Of a stretch of 64,000 nt of DNA, positions 43,875-53,014 are shown one piece after another. This stretch comes from Thalassobaculaceae bacterium. GTDB lineage: Bacteria > Pseudomonadota > Alphaproteobacteria > Thalassobaculales > Thalassobaculaceae. Below the pieces are notes generated by a model. That model made no database searches and was not told the DNA's origin. It worked only from the letters and a program-made list of their open reading frames with translations. Within the stretch, counting starts at the first letter, position 1. Every line of letters starts with the position of its first letter. The DNA lies in NCBI GenBank assembly GCA_965228875.1, contig OZ245843.1, forward strand, positions 3,268,616 to 3,332,615, in the 5' to 3' direction. The position numbers were made by a program, and so were the translations under genes.

Positions 43875-45913
43875 CACGGTAGTCGTCACCGCGCGCCCCA
43901 GATGTACGGACCGCTTCACCGATGATCGTTCTCGGACTGAATTTCGCTCACGACGCGGGCGTCTGCATCGTGGACGCCAGCCGGGTCGTGGGACTGTTCC
44001 AGCGCGAACGGGTCACCCGCGTGAAGCGCCAGGCCTTTCTGACTCCGGATTTTCTGGCGTTCTGCCTGAGCTCCGCCGGCCTCGACTGGCGCGATGTGGA
44101 TCGCGTCGCCGTTTCCAGCGCCCAGTCCTGGCCGATGGTGCTGCTCGAACCCGAGCGCCTCCGGCTGGACTACGACATCGACGCCCTGGAGCACGTGCCG
44201 CTGAAGGGGTGCTCGACCGACCAGGCCGCCGCCGTCGTCAAGGCGATCCGCAGCCGCAAGCGCTTCGCCGAGCAGCGGTACGAACGTTTCCGCAGCGCCG
44301 AGGACGCGCCGCACCGGGAGTATGTCGGCAGGGATGCGCTGCCGGAGGATGTCGGTGCGTCGGTACAGCCGTCGATGGACTGGCCGACGATGAGCCCGTG
44401 GTGGCGCGATCCGCCAACGGCGGAGAGCGTGGCGGCGTGGTGCTCCGAGATTCCAGCGCTGGAGCGGGCGCATACCGGCTATGCGCCGGTCACGGTGACC
44501 TTCGAGGGTGTCCGCAAGCCGGGGGTCCTCGTTCCCCATCACATGAGCCATGCCGCCGCCGCCTACTACCCCAGCGACAGCGACCACACGGCGGTCTATT
44601 CGCTGGACAACGGCGACGGGTACGACCCCACGCTCGGGTACAAGGGCGGCATCTTCGCGCTCGGCACCGGCAACCGGCTGCTGCCGATCGGTCCGACCTA
44701 CGACTATCACGGCAATCTGTATCAGCGCGTGGGCGAGCGGCTCGACCTCGGACACGGCGGAGCCGCGGGAAAACTGATGGGCCTCGCCTCCTATGGCGCG
44801 CCATTGTTCTTCGACGACGCGCTGGTCGGCAACGGTCCGGCGGTTCTGGGCCAGGATTTCGCCCTCGGCCGAAAGACCGGCGTCTTTCAAGTCCTCGAAC
44901 CGCTGATGGACGTCTTCGACCGTCGCAGGCAGACGGTTTATGCTGACAGGAACGCGCGGACCGAGCATTTCCTCGAGGGCGCACTCGGGTGCGATAACGT
45001 GGTTCGGCCGGGTGTCGACCTGGCGATGACGGCGCAGAAGGTGTTCGAGGAGAACGCGTCGCGGTCGATGCGCTGGCTGTTCGACGGGCTGGCCGGGAGC
45101 GGGTATGCGTCGACGGGCCTGGCGCTTTCCGGTGGCGGGGCGCTGAACTGTCCGGCGAACAGTCGGATCTGGGGCGAGGGCCTGTTCGAGAACGTTTTCG
45201 TGCCGCCGTACTGCGACGATTCCGGTCTGGCGCTCGGGGCGGCGCTGGCGCTGGCCCACGATGTCCTCGATCTGCCGCGCCAGCCGATGCCCGCCGACCG
45301 TGGCGAGGGCGCCTATCTCGGCCTCGCCTACGACGCCGCCGCCACCGACGCTGCCCTTGCCGCCCGCCGTGACGCCGTGACCGAGACGCCGGCCGACGGT
45401 TCGCCCGCCGAAGCCGCCGCCCGGGACGTCGCCGCCGGCCGCATCGTCGCCTGGTTCGAGGGCCGCAGCGAGGTCGGACCGCGGGCGCTCGGCCACCGCT
45501 CGATCCTGGCCGACCCGCGCGACGCCGCCAAATGGCGCGAGGTCAACCGGGTCAAGAAGCGCGAGTACTGGCGGCCCTTCGCCCCGGCCGTCCTGGCCGA
45601 GAAGGCCAGCCACTGGTTCGCCGGCGCCCCGACCCCCTCGCCCTTCATGCTGTTCAACGCCCAGGTCCGTTCCCGCGGCCTGCCGGCCATCACCCATGTC
45701 GACGGGTCCGCCCGCATTCAGACCGTCGACCCCAGCTGCGGCGGCTTCCGACAGGTGCTCGAGGCATTCGACGCCCTCACCGGCGTGCCGGTGGTGATGA
45801 ACACCTCCTTCAACGGCCCGGGCGAGCCCATCGTCGAGACCCCGGACGAGGCCCTCGCCTTCCTCGCCACCTCCGAAATCGACGCCGTCTACATCGACGG
45901 CAGACGCTTCACC
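43055..45913 (+). repeat. Direct repeat of ~790 bp (43055-43844 and 45124-45913, offset 2069)
   Basis: About 14 mismatches by manual comparison, mostly synonymous. Confidence 0.95.
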
Positions 45914-45925
45914 CGCAAGGCCTGA
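43922..45925 (+). CDS. Carbamoyltransferase (NodU/CmcH family), copy 2
   Basis: Same motif set as copy 1; 3' ~790 bp nearly identical to copy 1. Confidence 0.95.
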   Translation: MIVLGLNFAHDAGVCIVDASRVVGLFQRERVTRVKRQAFLTPDFLAFCLSSAGLDWRDVDRVAVSSAQSWPMVLLEPERLRLDYDIDALEHVPLKGCSTDQAAAVVKAIRSRKRFAEQRYERFRSAEDAPHREYVGRDALPEDVGASVQPSMDWPTMSPWWRDPPTAESVAAWCSEIPALERAHTGYAPVTVTFEGVRKPGVLVPHHMSHAAAAYYPSDSDHTAVYSLDNGDGYDPTLGYKGGIFALGTGNRLLPIGPTYDYHGNLYQRVGERLDLGHGGAAGKLMGLASYGAPLFFDDALVGNGPAVLGQDFALGRKTGVFQVLEPLMDVFDRRRQTVYADRNARTEHFLEGALGCDNVVRPGVDLAMTAQKVFEENASRSMRWLFDGLAGSGYASTGLALSGGGALNCPANSRIWGEGLFENVFVPPYCDDSGLALGAALALAHDVLDLPRQPMPADRGEGAYLGLAYDAAATDAALAARRDAVTETPADGSPAEAAARDVAAGRIVAWFEGRSEVGPRALGHRSILADPRDAAKWREVNRVKKREYWRPFAPAVLAEKASHWFAGAPTPSPFMLFNAQVRSRGLPAITHVDGSARIQTVDPSCGGFRQVLEAFDALTGVPVVMNTSFNGPGEPIVETPDEALAFLATSEIDAVYIDGRRFTRKA

Positions 45926-46035
45926 CCCGCGCGGCCGCCGGCATCCGCCCGGGGAGGCCGACCGGGACAGCCGGGCGATTGAGCGAGCCGGACCGCCGGA
46001 CTACCATGACCGCGACCGACGAGGGAGGAAGGATC

Positions 46036-46395
46036 GTGCCACGCTATACACCCGGCCCGTGGAAGATGCGCCCGAACGGGGAGCTGTGGTCCTATCAGCG
46101 CGGCGGCAACCCGTCGCAGATCGGCACCATGTACTGGTCCGGCAAGTCAGAGGAGCGTGACGGCAACGCCCGGATCATCGCCGGGGCCGCCGATCTCAGC
46201 GAGAGCATGGACGAGCTCATGCTGATCATCTGTCAGCCGGAAGTGGTTGCAGCGATCCAGGGCTGCGACCGGATCGCCGCCAAGTCGCGGATGATCATCG
46301 AGAACGCCCGCACGACACTGGAGGAGGTCACCGGCAAGAAGCTTCCGGAATGGCCGAAGCGGGATCCGCACGACACGCGCCTCGAGTCGACCTGA
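46036..46395 (+). CDS. Hypothetical protein with phage-like TPGPW...NARIIA motif
   Basis: GTG start after GGAGG (alternative ATG at 46006); YTPGPW and DGNARIIAGAADL. Confidence 0.7.
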   Translation: MPRYTPGPWKMRPNGELWSYQRGGNPSQIGTMYWSGKSEERDGNARIIAGAADLSESMDELMLIICQPEVVAAIQGCDRIAAKSRMIIENARTTLEEVTGKKLPEWPKRDPHDTRLEST

Positions 46396-46410
46396 CCCGA
46401 TCGGCCGACC

Positions 46411-46914
46411 ATGAGGATGCAGCTTCGAGAGATTCTGGCGACGGTGGCGTCGAGCAAGGTCCGGGACTGGGCGATCATCTTCCGCCCAACCCTGCGGCAC
46501 CGGGTGACGGAGATCCTGAACGACGAGGGCGAGCGCGAACGGCTGCTGGTGGACGAGCACCTGGTGGCGTTCTCGTACAGGCCCGACATCGCCGTCACCA
46601 TGGCGTACGGGCTCGTCGACCAGTCGTCCTACGAGTTGCCGGCGGACCACCCGTTTGCCAGGGAGAACGCGCGCTCGCTGTTCCTGGACATCTTCCACGA
46701 CGGACAACTGATCCACCGCGAAACCGTCGTGAGCGTCGACCGGCAGCGCTGCCTGCTGCCCCTGCCCCAGGACTGGGAACCGCCGATCAGCGTTCCGACC
46801 GCCCAGTTCAGCCTGGTGAGGCTGATCCACGCGCTGGCCGGGCCGCCGACCGACTACGAATCCTACTTCAAGGAGAGCGGCATGGTCCGCTCCGACCGGG
46901 TGCCCTGGCCCTGA
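46411..46914 (+). CDS. Hypothetical protein
   Basis: GC3-rich ORF 15 bp after the previous gene; family not recognised. Confidence 0.7.
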   Translation: MRMQLREILATVASSKVRDWAIIFRPTLRHRVTEILNDEGERERLLVDEHLVAFSYRPDIAVTMAYGLVDQSSYELPADHPFARENARSLFLDIFHDGQLIHRETVVSVDRQRCLLPLPQDWEPPISVPTAQFSLVRLIHALAGPPTDYESYFKESGMVRSDRVPWP

Positions 46915-46957
46915 CCGCTAGCTGGCCCTGAACCCTGGCCCAGGTCGAGCGGCAGGC

Positions 46958-47392
46958 TCAGAACGCGCGGGAGAACAGGGCACCGGCCTTGTTGATGAGG
47001 AACAGCACGCCCAGGCCGCCGATCACGATGGCCAGCAGCCATCCCGTCGCCTTGAGCGCGACGGAGACGTCCTTGTTGGGACCCTTCTTCCTGCGCGCGG
47101 CCGGCGACGCGGCGGGCGCAGCGGCGGCACTCGGCGCCTCGTTGCGCGCGGCGGCGGCTGGCGGAGGGGACGGTCGGTCCTTCGGCGCTTTCGAGGTGTC
47201 GAAGACGACCAGTTCCTTGCCCTGTCCGGTGCGCGGATCGAAGGTGTCCTTGATGACCTTGATGCCTTCGAAGCGCTTCTCGCCATGAAGCTGCTTGGCG
47301 ACTTCGATGGAGGTGTCCTTATCCGGGTAGGTCGAATCGATCACCCAGTTACCGCCCTTGAGCGTGTGGACCTCGTACAGTGACTGCGCCAT
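46958..47392 (-). CDS. Hypothetical protein with C-terminal membrane anchor
   Basis: YEVHTLKGGNWVIDS N-domain, Pro/Ala linker, terminal TM helix; RBS GAGGGG. Confidence 0.72.
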   Translation of the reverse strand: MAQSLYEVHTLKGGNWVIDSTYPDKDTSIEVAKQLHGEKRFEGIKVIKDTFDPRTGQGKELVVFDTSKAPKDRPSPPPAAAARNEAPSAAAAPAASPAARRKKGPNKDVSVALKATGWLLAIVIGGLGVLFLINKAGALFSRAF

Positions 47393-47495
47393 GTCTCCCC
47401 TCACGGCAGTTCTAGCCGAGACCGCGCGATACTAAGCGATGCCGCGGGCAAAGTCAGCCGCATGCTCAGCAAATTGCGCCTTTTCGGACCGGCAG

Positions 47496-47527
47496 AAAAA
47501 AACGGCCCCGTCAGGCGACGGGGCCGT
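47496..47527 (-). terminator. Intrinsic terminator after the BI-1/YccA gene
   Basis: ACGGCCCCGTC-GCCT-GACGGGGCCGT followed by a T-run on the minus strand. Confidence 0.8.
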
Positions 47528-47550
47528 CACAACCGGGATCTTCCGAACGG

Positions 47551-48282
47551 TTACTCGCGGTTGCCGAGCAGCTGCAGCAGGAAGATGAACAGGTTGATGA
47601 AGTCGAGATACAGGGTCAGCGCGCCCATGATCGCCTTCTTGCCGGCGACGTCGGTGCCGTCGATCTCGTTGTACATCTCCTTGACGCGCTGCGTGTCGTA
47701 GGCGGTCAGCGCGGAGAAGGCGAGCACGCCGCCGACCGAAATCATGAACTGCAGCATCGTCGATGCCAGGAAGATGTTCACGATGCTGGCGATCAGAATG
47801 CCGAACACGCCCATGATGGCGAACGAGCCGAGACCGGACAGGTCCTTCTTCGTCGTGTAGCCGAACAGGCTCAGACCGGCGAAGGCGGCGGAGGTGATGA
47901 AGAACACCCGCGCGATGCTCTCGCCCGTGTAGACCAGGAAGACCGACGACAGCGACAGGCCCATCAGGGCGGCGAAGACGTAGAACGACACCCGCGCCGT
48001 GGCGAGCGACATGTGCGCCACGCGAGCCGAGATCAGGAACACCATCCCGATCGGCGCGAGCATCACAACCCACTTCAGCGGCGACAGGTAGATCGCCTGT
48101 CCGAAGCCGGTGAGCTGGCCGTCCTGCACGGCGAGCAGCGTGCTGCCGAAGGCGACAAGGCCGGTGAACGCGAGCGCGACAACCATGTGGTTGTACACAC
48201 CCAGCATGTACTGGCGCAGACCGACGTCGTATTGGGCGACATCGGCCTGTGACCGCGACATCGTCTGACGATCGTAATCCAT
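47551..48282 (-). CDS. Bax inhibitor-1/YccA family membrane protein
   Basis: GLRQYMLGVYNHM, GYTTKKDLS, TAYDTQ, GALTLYLDFINLF. Confidence 0.95.
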   Translation of the reverse strand: MDYDRQTMSRSQADVAQYDVGLRQYMLGVYNHMVVALAFTGLVAFGSTLLAVQDGQLTGFGQAIYLSPLKWVVMLAPIGMVFLISARVAHMSLATARVSFYVFAALMGLSLSSVFLVYTGESIARVFFITSAAFAGLSLFGYTTKKDLSGLGSFAIMGVFGILIASIVNIFLASTMLQFMISVGGVLAFSALTAYDTQRVKEMYNEIDGTDVAGKKAIMGALTLYLDFINLFIFLLQLLGNRE

Positions 48283-48505
48283 GGATACCTCATCATCTGC
48301 GCCGGCACCGCGCCAGCCGTCGGCGTTAACGTAAGGTCGATTGCCTTAACCTTCAACTGCTCTGGAGGGTCGAGAGCATCGAAATCGGCGTATCGTCACG
48401 CGATCGGACGCGCGGCCCGAATCCGGTTGTCGCGGGCGTGGCGACCGGCTATCCGCAGTGGCGGAGCACCCGCGACAGGAACCACCCGCGACAAGGACTG
48501 CGGCC

Positions 48506-48847
48506 ATGAACGAGGAACGTCTGCTCGACGGCCTGACAGCCGGCCCCGACGACGCCGAGTACCACCTGGACCTGGACGGGCTCGACGGCCCGCACGCAAC
48601 GGAGTCGGTCCGGCGGATGCTGGAACGCAACCGCTTCCGGCAGCCGCGCACGATCCTCGTGACCGTCGGCGCACCGGCGCCGGGCGGGACCGACAATCTG
48701 TTCCAGCCGGTCGGCCGCCAGCTGCTGGAGGCGCGGCGCGGCGGACTGATCGATGCGATGAAGCCGATCACCAGCGATCACGGCCCCGGTTACTGGATCC
48801 GCACGGTCGGCAAGGAGGACGCGCCAGCCGAGGCCCTCGAGGACTGA
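48506..48847 (+). CDS. Small Smr-domain-like protein
   Basis: HLDLDGLDGPHA resembles the Smr LDLHG motif; ILVTVG; weak similarity. Confidence 0.5.
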   Translation: MNEERLLDGLTAGPDDAEYHLDLDGLDGPHATESVRRMLERNRFRQPRTILVTVGAPAPGGTDNLFQPVGRQLLEARRGGLIDAMKPITSDHGPGYWIRTVGKEDAPAEALED

Positions 48848-48851
48848 GCGT

Positions 48852-50027
48852 CTACTCCGCCGCCTCGGCCCTTAGCTCCCGGCGGGTCTGCTTGCGGCTC
48901 TCGCTCTTGAGCTGACCGCAAGCGGCGAGGATGTCGCGGCCGCGCGGGGTGCGGACCGGCGAGGCGTATCCCGCCTTCAGAACCACCTGGGCGAACCGCT
49001 CGATCTGCTCGTCGCTGGAGCAGACATAGTTCGAGCCGGGCCAGGGATTGAAGGGAATCAGGTTGATCTTCGCCGGAATGCCCCGGATCAGTTCGACCAA
49101 CCGCCTGGCATCCTCGACGCTGTCGTTGATGCCTTCGAGCATCACGTACTCGAAGGTGATGCGCCGGGCGTTGTTGACTCCGGGATAGGCCCGGCAGGCG
49201 TCGAGCAGATCCTTGATCGGCCACTTCCTGTTGATCGGCACCAGGATGTCGCGGGTGTCGTCGGTCGTCGCGTGCAGGGAGATCGCCAGATTGACGCCGA
49301 TCTCGGCGCCGCACCGCTCCATCATCGGAACGACCCCCGATGTCGACAGGGTGATCCGCCGGCGCGACAGCGCCACGCCCTCGTTGTCCATGACAATGCG
49401 GAGGGCGGTGGCGACATTGTCGAAATTGTACAGCGGCTCGCCCATCCCCATGAGCACGATGTTGGTCAGCCGACGCTCCGTCCCGCCGGTCGGGAAGCCG
49501 CCGAGTTCGTCCAGTGCCAGCAGCACCTGGCCGACGATCTCCGCCGCGGTCAGGTTGCGCACCAGGCGCTGCGTCCCGGTGTGGCAGAACGAACAGGTGA
49601 GCGTGCATCCGACCTGGGAGGAGACGCAGAGGGTGCCCCGATCCTCCTCCGGGATGAACACCATCTCCGCCTCGTTGCCGTCGGCGAAGCGCAGCAGCCA
49701 CTTGATCGTGCCGTCGACGCTGTCCTGGCGGGTGGCGACGCGCGGCCGCGAGATCTGGAAGCGCCGGCCCAGCTCGGCGCGCAGCGGCTTGGCCAGGTTG
49801 GTCATGCCGTCGAAGGCGCTCGCGCCCTTGTGGTAGATCCACTGCCAGACCTGATTGGCCCGGAACTTCGGCAGCCCCGCCTCAGTGAACAGCGCGGCAA
49901 GCTCGGCGCGGTCCAGCCCCACCAGATCGGTGCGCGCATCCGCCACGCCCGGCCCGCGCGCCGCGAAGGCCCGCAGGTCCGCGGCAGCCTGCTCGGCCGA
50001 TACGGGCATGGTGTCGGTTTGTGTCAT
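48852..50027 (-). CDS. rlmN: Dual-specificity rRNA/tRNA methyltransferase RlmN
   Basis: [46 protein letters not shown]. Confidence 0.97.
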   Translation of the reverse strand: MTQTDTMPVSAEQAAADLRAFAARGPGVADARTDLVGLDRAELAALFTEAGLPKFRANQVWQWIYHKGASAFDGMTNLAKPLRAELGRRFQISRPRVATRQDSVDGTIKWLLRFADGNEAEMVFIPEEDRGTLCVSSQVGCTLTCSFCHTGTQRLVRNLTAAEIVGQVLLALDELGGFPTGGTERRLTNIVLMGMGEPLYNFDNVATALRIVMDNEGVALSRRRITLSTSGVVPMMERCGAEIGVNLAISLHATTDDTRDILVPINRKWPIKDLLDACRAYPGVNNARRITFEYVMLEGINDSVEDARRLVELIRGIPAKINLIPFNPWPGSNYVCSSDEQIERFAQVVLKAGYASPVRTPRGRDILAACGQLKSESRKQTRRELRAEAAE

Positions 50028-50082
50028 GCGCCGCAAAATGGCGCCGCCGCGGGCTTCGCGCAAGTGCGCTGTGCGCCGCCGC

Positions 50083-50607
50083 TTACGGGCAGGCGCCGTC
50101 GATCAGCTTCTTCGTGGCGGTGAAACCGGACAGAGAGTAGGTGTCGGTCGTCTGCGTACCGCGCGACGACACCCCCGTCACCACCATGTCCGCGCCCTTG
50201 ACCATCGCCTGAACCAGCGGGGCGTCCTCCTCCGGGCCCTGGGTCCAGGCCCGGTCGCCGCTGGTGAACATGTCGAAGGTGGCACCGCCGATCCGCACCG
50301 TGACCTTACTGTCTTTGCGGTAGGTGTAGCCCGTGACGACGCTGACCTCGCCCTCGATGCCGCCGGCCGGATCGTTGGTCACCAGCGCGAAGATCTCGCC
50401 GCGCTGGGAATAGTCGCCCTCCGCCTTCTTCGGCGAGGAGGCCATGTAGCAGATCTTGCTTCCGCCACGGTCCAGGGTGAACGCGGTCCAATCCCCGTTC
50501 CGCCCGATCCGTTCCGGCTCGGCCGCCGCCGCGGGCGCCGCAAGCCCGACCGCCAGGGCCGCCGTCACCGTCAGGGCCGTCAGGGACGCCCGGAAACTCC
50601 AGTTCAT
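50083..50607 (-). CDS. Invasion-associated locus B (IalB) family protein
   Basis: Signal peptide, [23 protein letters not shown], terminal Cys; upstream of rlmN as commonly seen. Confidence 0.85.
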   Translation of the reverse strand: MNWSFRASLTALTVTAALAVGLAAPAAAAEPERIGRNGDWTAFTLDRGGSKICYMASSPKKAEGDYSQRGEIFALVTNDPAGGIEGEVSVVTGYTYRKDSKVTVRIGGATFDMFTSGDRAWTQGPEEDAPLVQAMVKGADMVVTGVSSRGTQTTDTYSLSGFTATKKLIDGACP

Positions 50608-50734
50608 GGTTCACTTCCCTTCGCAACAGGCAGGTCTTCGATGCCATCACCGCACGGCAATTTCAATTCCCGAGCGCCATCGGCCACTCAACACTATGGA
50701 TGTGGCAGGGAAATGGCGGGCGCCGCCGATCCTG

Positions 50735-50760
50735 TGATCCGGAACCGATCCGGTCGCGTA
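50735..50760 (+). promoter_or_regulatory. Autoregulatory RpoE promoter TGATCC-N15-GCGTA
   Basis: Consensus match directly upstream of rpoE-chrR. Confidence 0.8.
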
Positions 50761-50870
50761 CACGACGCATGGACGCGAGAACATGGGTCGAAGCCGAATC
50801 GACGCAGGCGGGTCAGCATGACGCCGCCGACGCTGTTGCGCTGCGCCGGAAGCTTCCGTTACATGGCGGA

Positions 50871-51443
50871 ATGACAACCGCCCAAGGTATCGCCGGCGAA
50901 CCGGTATCCCACGATCTCCTGATCGAGGCCGTGGCCCGAGATCGCGACAAGGCGGCGTTCGCGGCGCTGTTCGGTCACTTCGCCCCGCGTCTCAAATCGT
51001 ACCTCATGCGTCTCGGTACCGAGGGCTCGGCGGCCGAGGAGGTCGTGCAGGAAGCCATGGTCATGGTCTGGCGCAAGGCGGAGAGTTTCGACCGCCGCCA
51101 AGCCAGCGCCAGCACTTGGATCTTCACCATCGCCCGCAACAAGCGGATCGATCGTCTGCGCCGGGAGCGACGGCCCGAACTCGATCCGAACGACCCGGCC
51201 CTGGTGCCGGACCCCGACCAGGCGGCCGACCGCACGGTCGAGGCACGTCAGGCGCGCGAACGCGTCCTGTCGGCGATGGAAAAATTGCCGGTCGAGCAAT
51301 CCGAACTGATCCGGCTGGCGTATTTCGACGACAAATCCCACGCGGAGATCGCCGCGGAAAAGGAACTGCCACTTGGAACCGTCAAATCGAGAATACGGCT
51401 GGCGCTCGGGCGCATGCGACGGGAGGTCGGCGACCTTGTCTGA
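50871..51443 (+). CDS. rpoE: ECF sigma factor RpoE (ChrR-associated); alternative start at 50769
   Basis: FAPRLKSYL, STWIFTIARNKRID, LPLGTVKSRIRLAL; followed by chrR. Confidence 0.93.
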   Translation: MTTAQGIAGEPVSHDLLIEAVARDRDKAAFAALFGHFAPRLKSYLMRLGTEGSAAEEVVQEAMVMVWRKAESFDRRQASASTWIFTIARNKRIDRLRRERRPELDPNDPALVPDPDQAADRTVEARQARERVLSAMEKLPVEQSELIRLAYFDDKSHAEIAAEKELPLGTVKSRIRLALGRMRREVGDLV

Positions 51444-52125
51444 CCGCTCGCCACATCACCACCCCGACGCCGAGCTTCTGCTGGACTACGCCGCCGGGAA
51501 GACGACGGAGGCCATGTCGGTGCTCGTCGCCACCCATCTGGCGCTGTGTCCGGCGTGCCGCGCGGAGGTACGCCGGTACGAGGCGCTCGGCGGCGCCCTT
51601 GTCGAGTCGGAGACGCCGGTTGCCGTCGCGGAAGACGCGCTCGCCGCTGTTCTCGCGCGCCTGACCGACGACCGGGACGACGAGGGGCCAGCGGTGGTCG
51701 GGCCGACCGCGCTCGCCGTCGAGAGCGATCCCGAAACGCGGATGCTCATTCCGAGGCCGTTGCGCGACTACCTTGGCGGCGGACTGAACGCTCTGACCTG
51801 GCGCGCCCGCGGCATCGGCATTCGCGAGGCGTCGCTGGAGATCGGGCCGGGCGGTGTGCGCACCTCTCTGATCCGGATCGCGCCGGGCCGCGCAGTGCCG
51901 TCGCACACCCATGACGGCATCGAGACGACCATGGTGCTGAAGGGCGCGTTCAACGACGCCACGGGGCGCTATGCGCGCGGTGACGTGGCAACGGGAACCG
52001 AAGAGCTCGACCACACGCCAGTGGCCGAGCCCGGCGAGGAATGCATCTGCTTCATCGTGGTCGACGGCAGCCTGCATCTGACGGGCCGGTTCGGCCGGCT
52101 GCTGAACCCGTTCATTCGAGCGTAG
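51436..52125 (+). CDS. chrR: Anti-sigma factor ChrR
   Basis: HHP..ELL..YAAG, HLALCPAC zinc site, cupin HTHDGIETTMVLKG, HTP; TTG start inferred. Confidence 0.93.
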   Translation: MSDRSPHHHPDAELLLDYAAGKTTEAMSVLVATHLALCPACRAEVRRYEALGGALVESETPVAVAEDALAAVLARLTDDRDDEGPAVVGPTALAVESDPETRMLIPRPLRDYLGGGLNALTWRARGIGIREASLEIGPGGVRTSLIRIAPGRAVPSHTHDGIETTMVLKGAFNDATGRYARGDVATGTEELDHTPVAEPGEECICFIVVDGSLHLTGRFGRLLNPFIRA

Positions 52126-52350
52126 AGCGCATACACACGACCGGATGAGTCAACCGGTCGTGACCTGCTCAATCTTTAATGGCTTAAACGGCGATTCACG
52201 CTTCAGATCGAATCGATCTGAAGCGATCGCGCTGTAGAGCAAATCACAATCAGATGGAAACATCTGATCGAGTGGATTTACTCTATTTTTAATGGCTTAG
52301 AGGGCGATTCACGCATCAGATCGGATCGATCTGATGCGATCGCACTCTAG
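52123..52350. repeat. Palindromic intergenic repeat cluster (RIME/MITE-like), dimer of ~113 bp
   Basis: Alternating TAGAGC...CTCTA palindromes and TTTAATGGCTTA...GATCG palindromes. Confidence 0.75.
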
Positions 52351-52931
52351 CTTTCCAACTCTGCCCGAGCCGCCGCCTCCGCCGCCTTGCGGTCGCGGCG
52401 GCGCTGCTTGCGCACCCACAGCGGCGTGCCGAACTGTGGCACGGACGCCGGTTCGGTCGGCGCACCGGGGCGGTGCGGGCGAGGCGCGAACAGCCCCATG
52501 GACAGCATCCGATCGTACATCACCAGCCCGCCCGCCAGGCTCACGTTGATCGAGAACCGGGTCGGGATCTTCACCACGTGGTCGCACCGCGCCACCAGGT
52601 CCGGATCCAGCGCCCCGCGCTCCGGCCCCATGATGTAGGCCGCGTTCTTCGGATGGTGGAAGCTCGGCAGCTCAATAGCGTCGTCGGTGATCTCCACCCC
52701 GATCAGCGAACAGCCCTGCGGCAACAGCATCTCGTCGGGGCTCTCGAACCGGTAGTAGGGCAGGTTGCCGGTGGTCCCGGAGGTGTCGGCCTGCTTCAGG
52801 TCCCGGCGCTTGTAGGTCTCACCGACGGTGAAGACGAAACTCGCCCCGAAGGCGTGGGCCGTCCGCATCAATGCACCGACGTTCTGCGCCTTGCTGATCC
52901 GGTCGGCGCCTATCCCGAAATATCCTCGCAT
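52347..52931 (-). CDS. TrmH/SpoU family RNA methyltransferase
   Basis: NVGALMRTAHAFGA, YIMGPERG, SINVSLAG. Confidence 0.9.
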   Translation of the reverse strand: MRGYFGIGADRISKAQNVGALMRTAHAFGASFVFTVGETYKRRDLKQADTSGTTGNLPYYRFESPDEMLLPQGCSLIGVEITDDAIELPSFHHPKNAAYIMGPERGALDPDLVARCDHVVKIPTRFSINVSLAGGLVMYDRMLSMGLFAPRPHRPGAPTEPASVPQFGTPLWVRKQRRRDRKAAEAAARAELES

Positions 52932-53014
52932 GGTGCTCCTCATCTGGGCGGCGGACCTTGCCCCACGGCGGACGCGGAGGCAAGCTGCCTTGCCCCCCGA
53001 ACCGGAGACCGGAC

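Noticed and set aside
43055..45913. Repeat pair as a diversity-generating retroelement TR/VR
   Set aside because: No reverse transcriptase, the repeat is too long, and mismatches are mostly synonymous and not adenine-specific.
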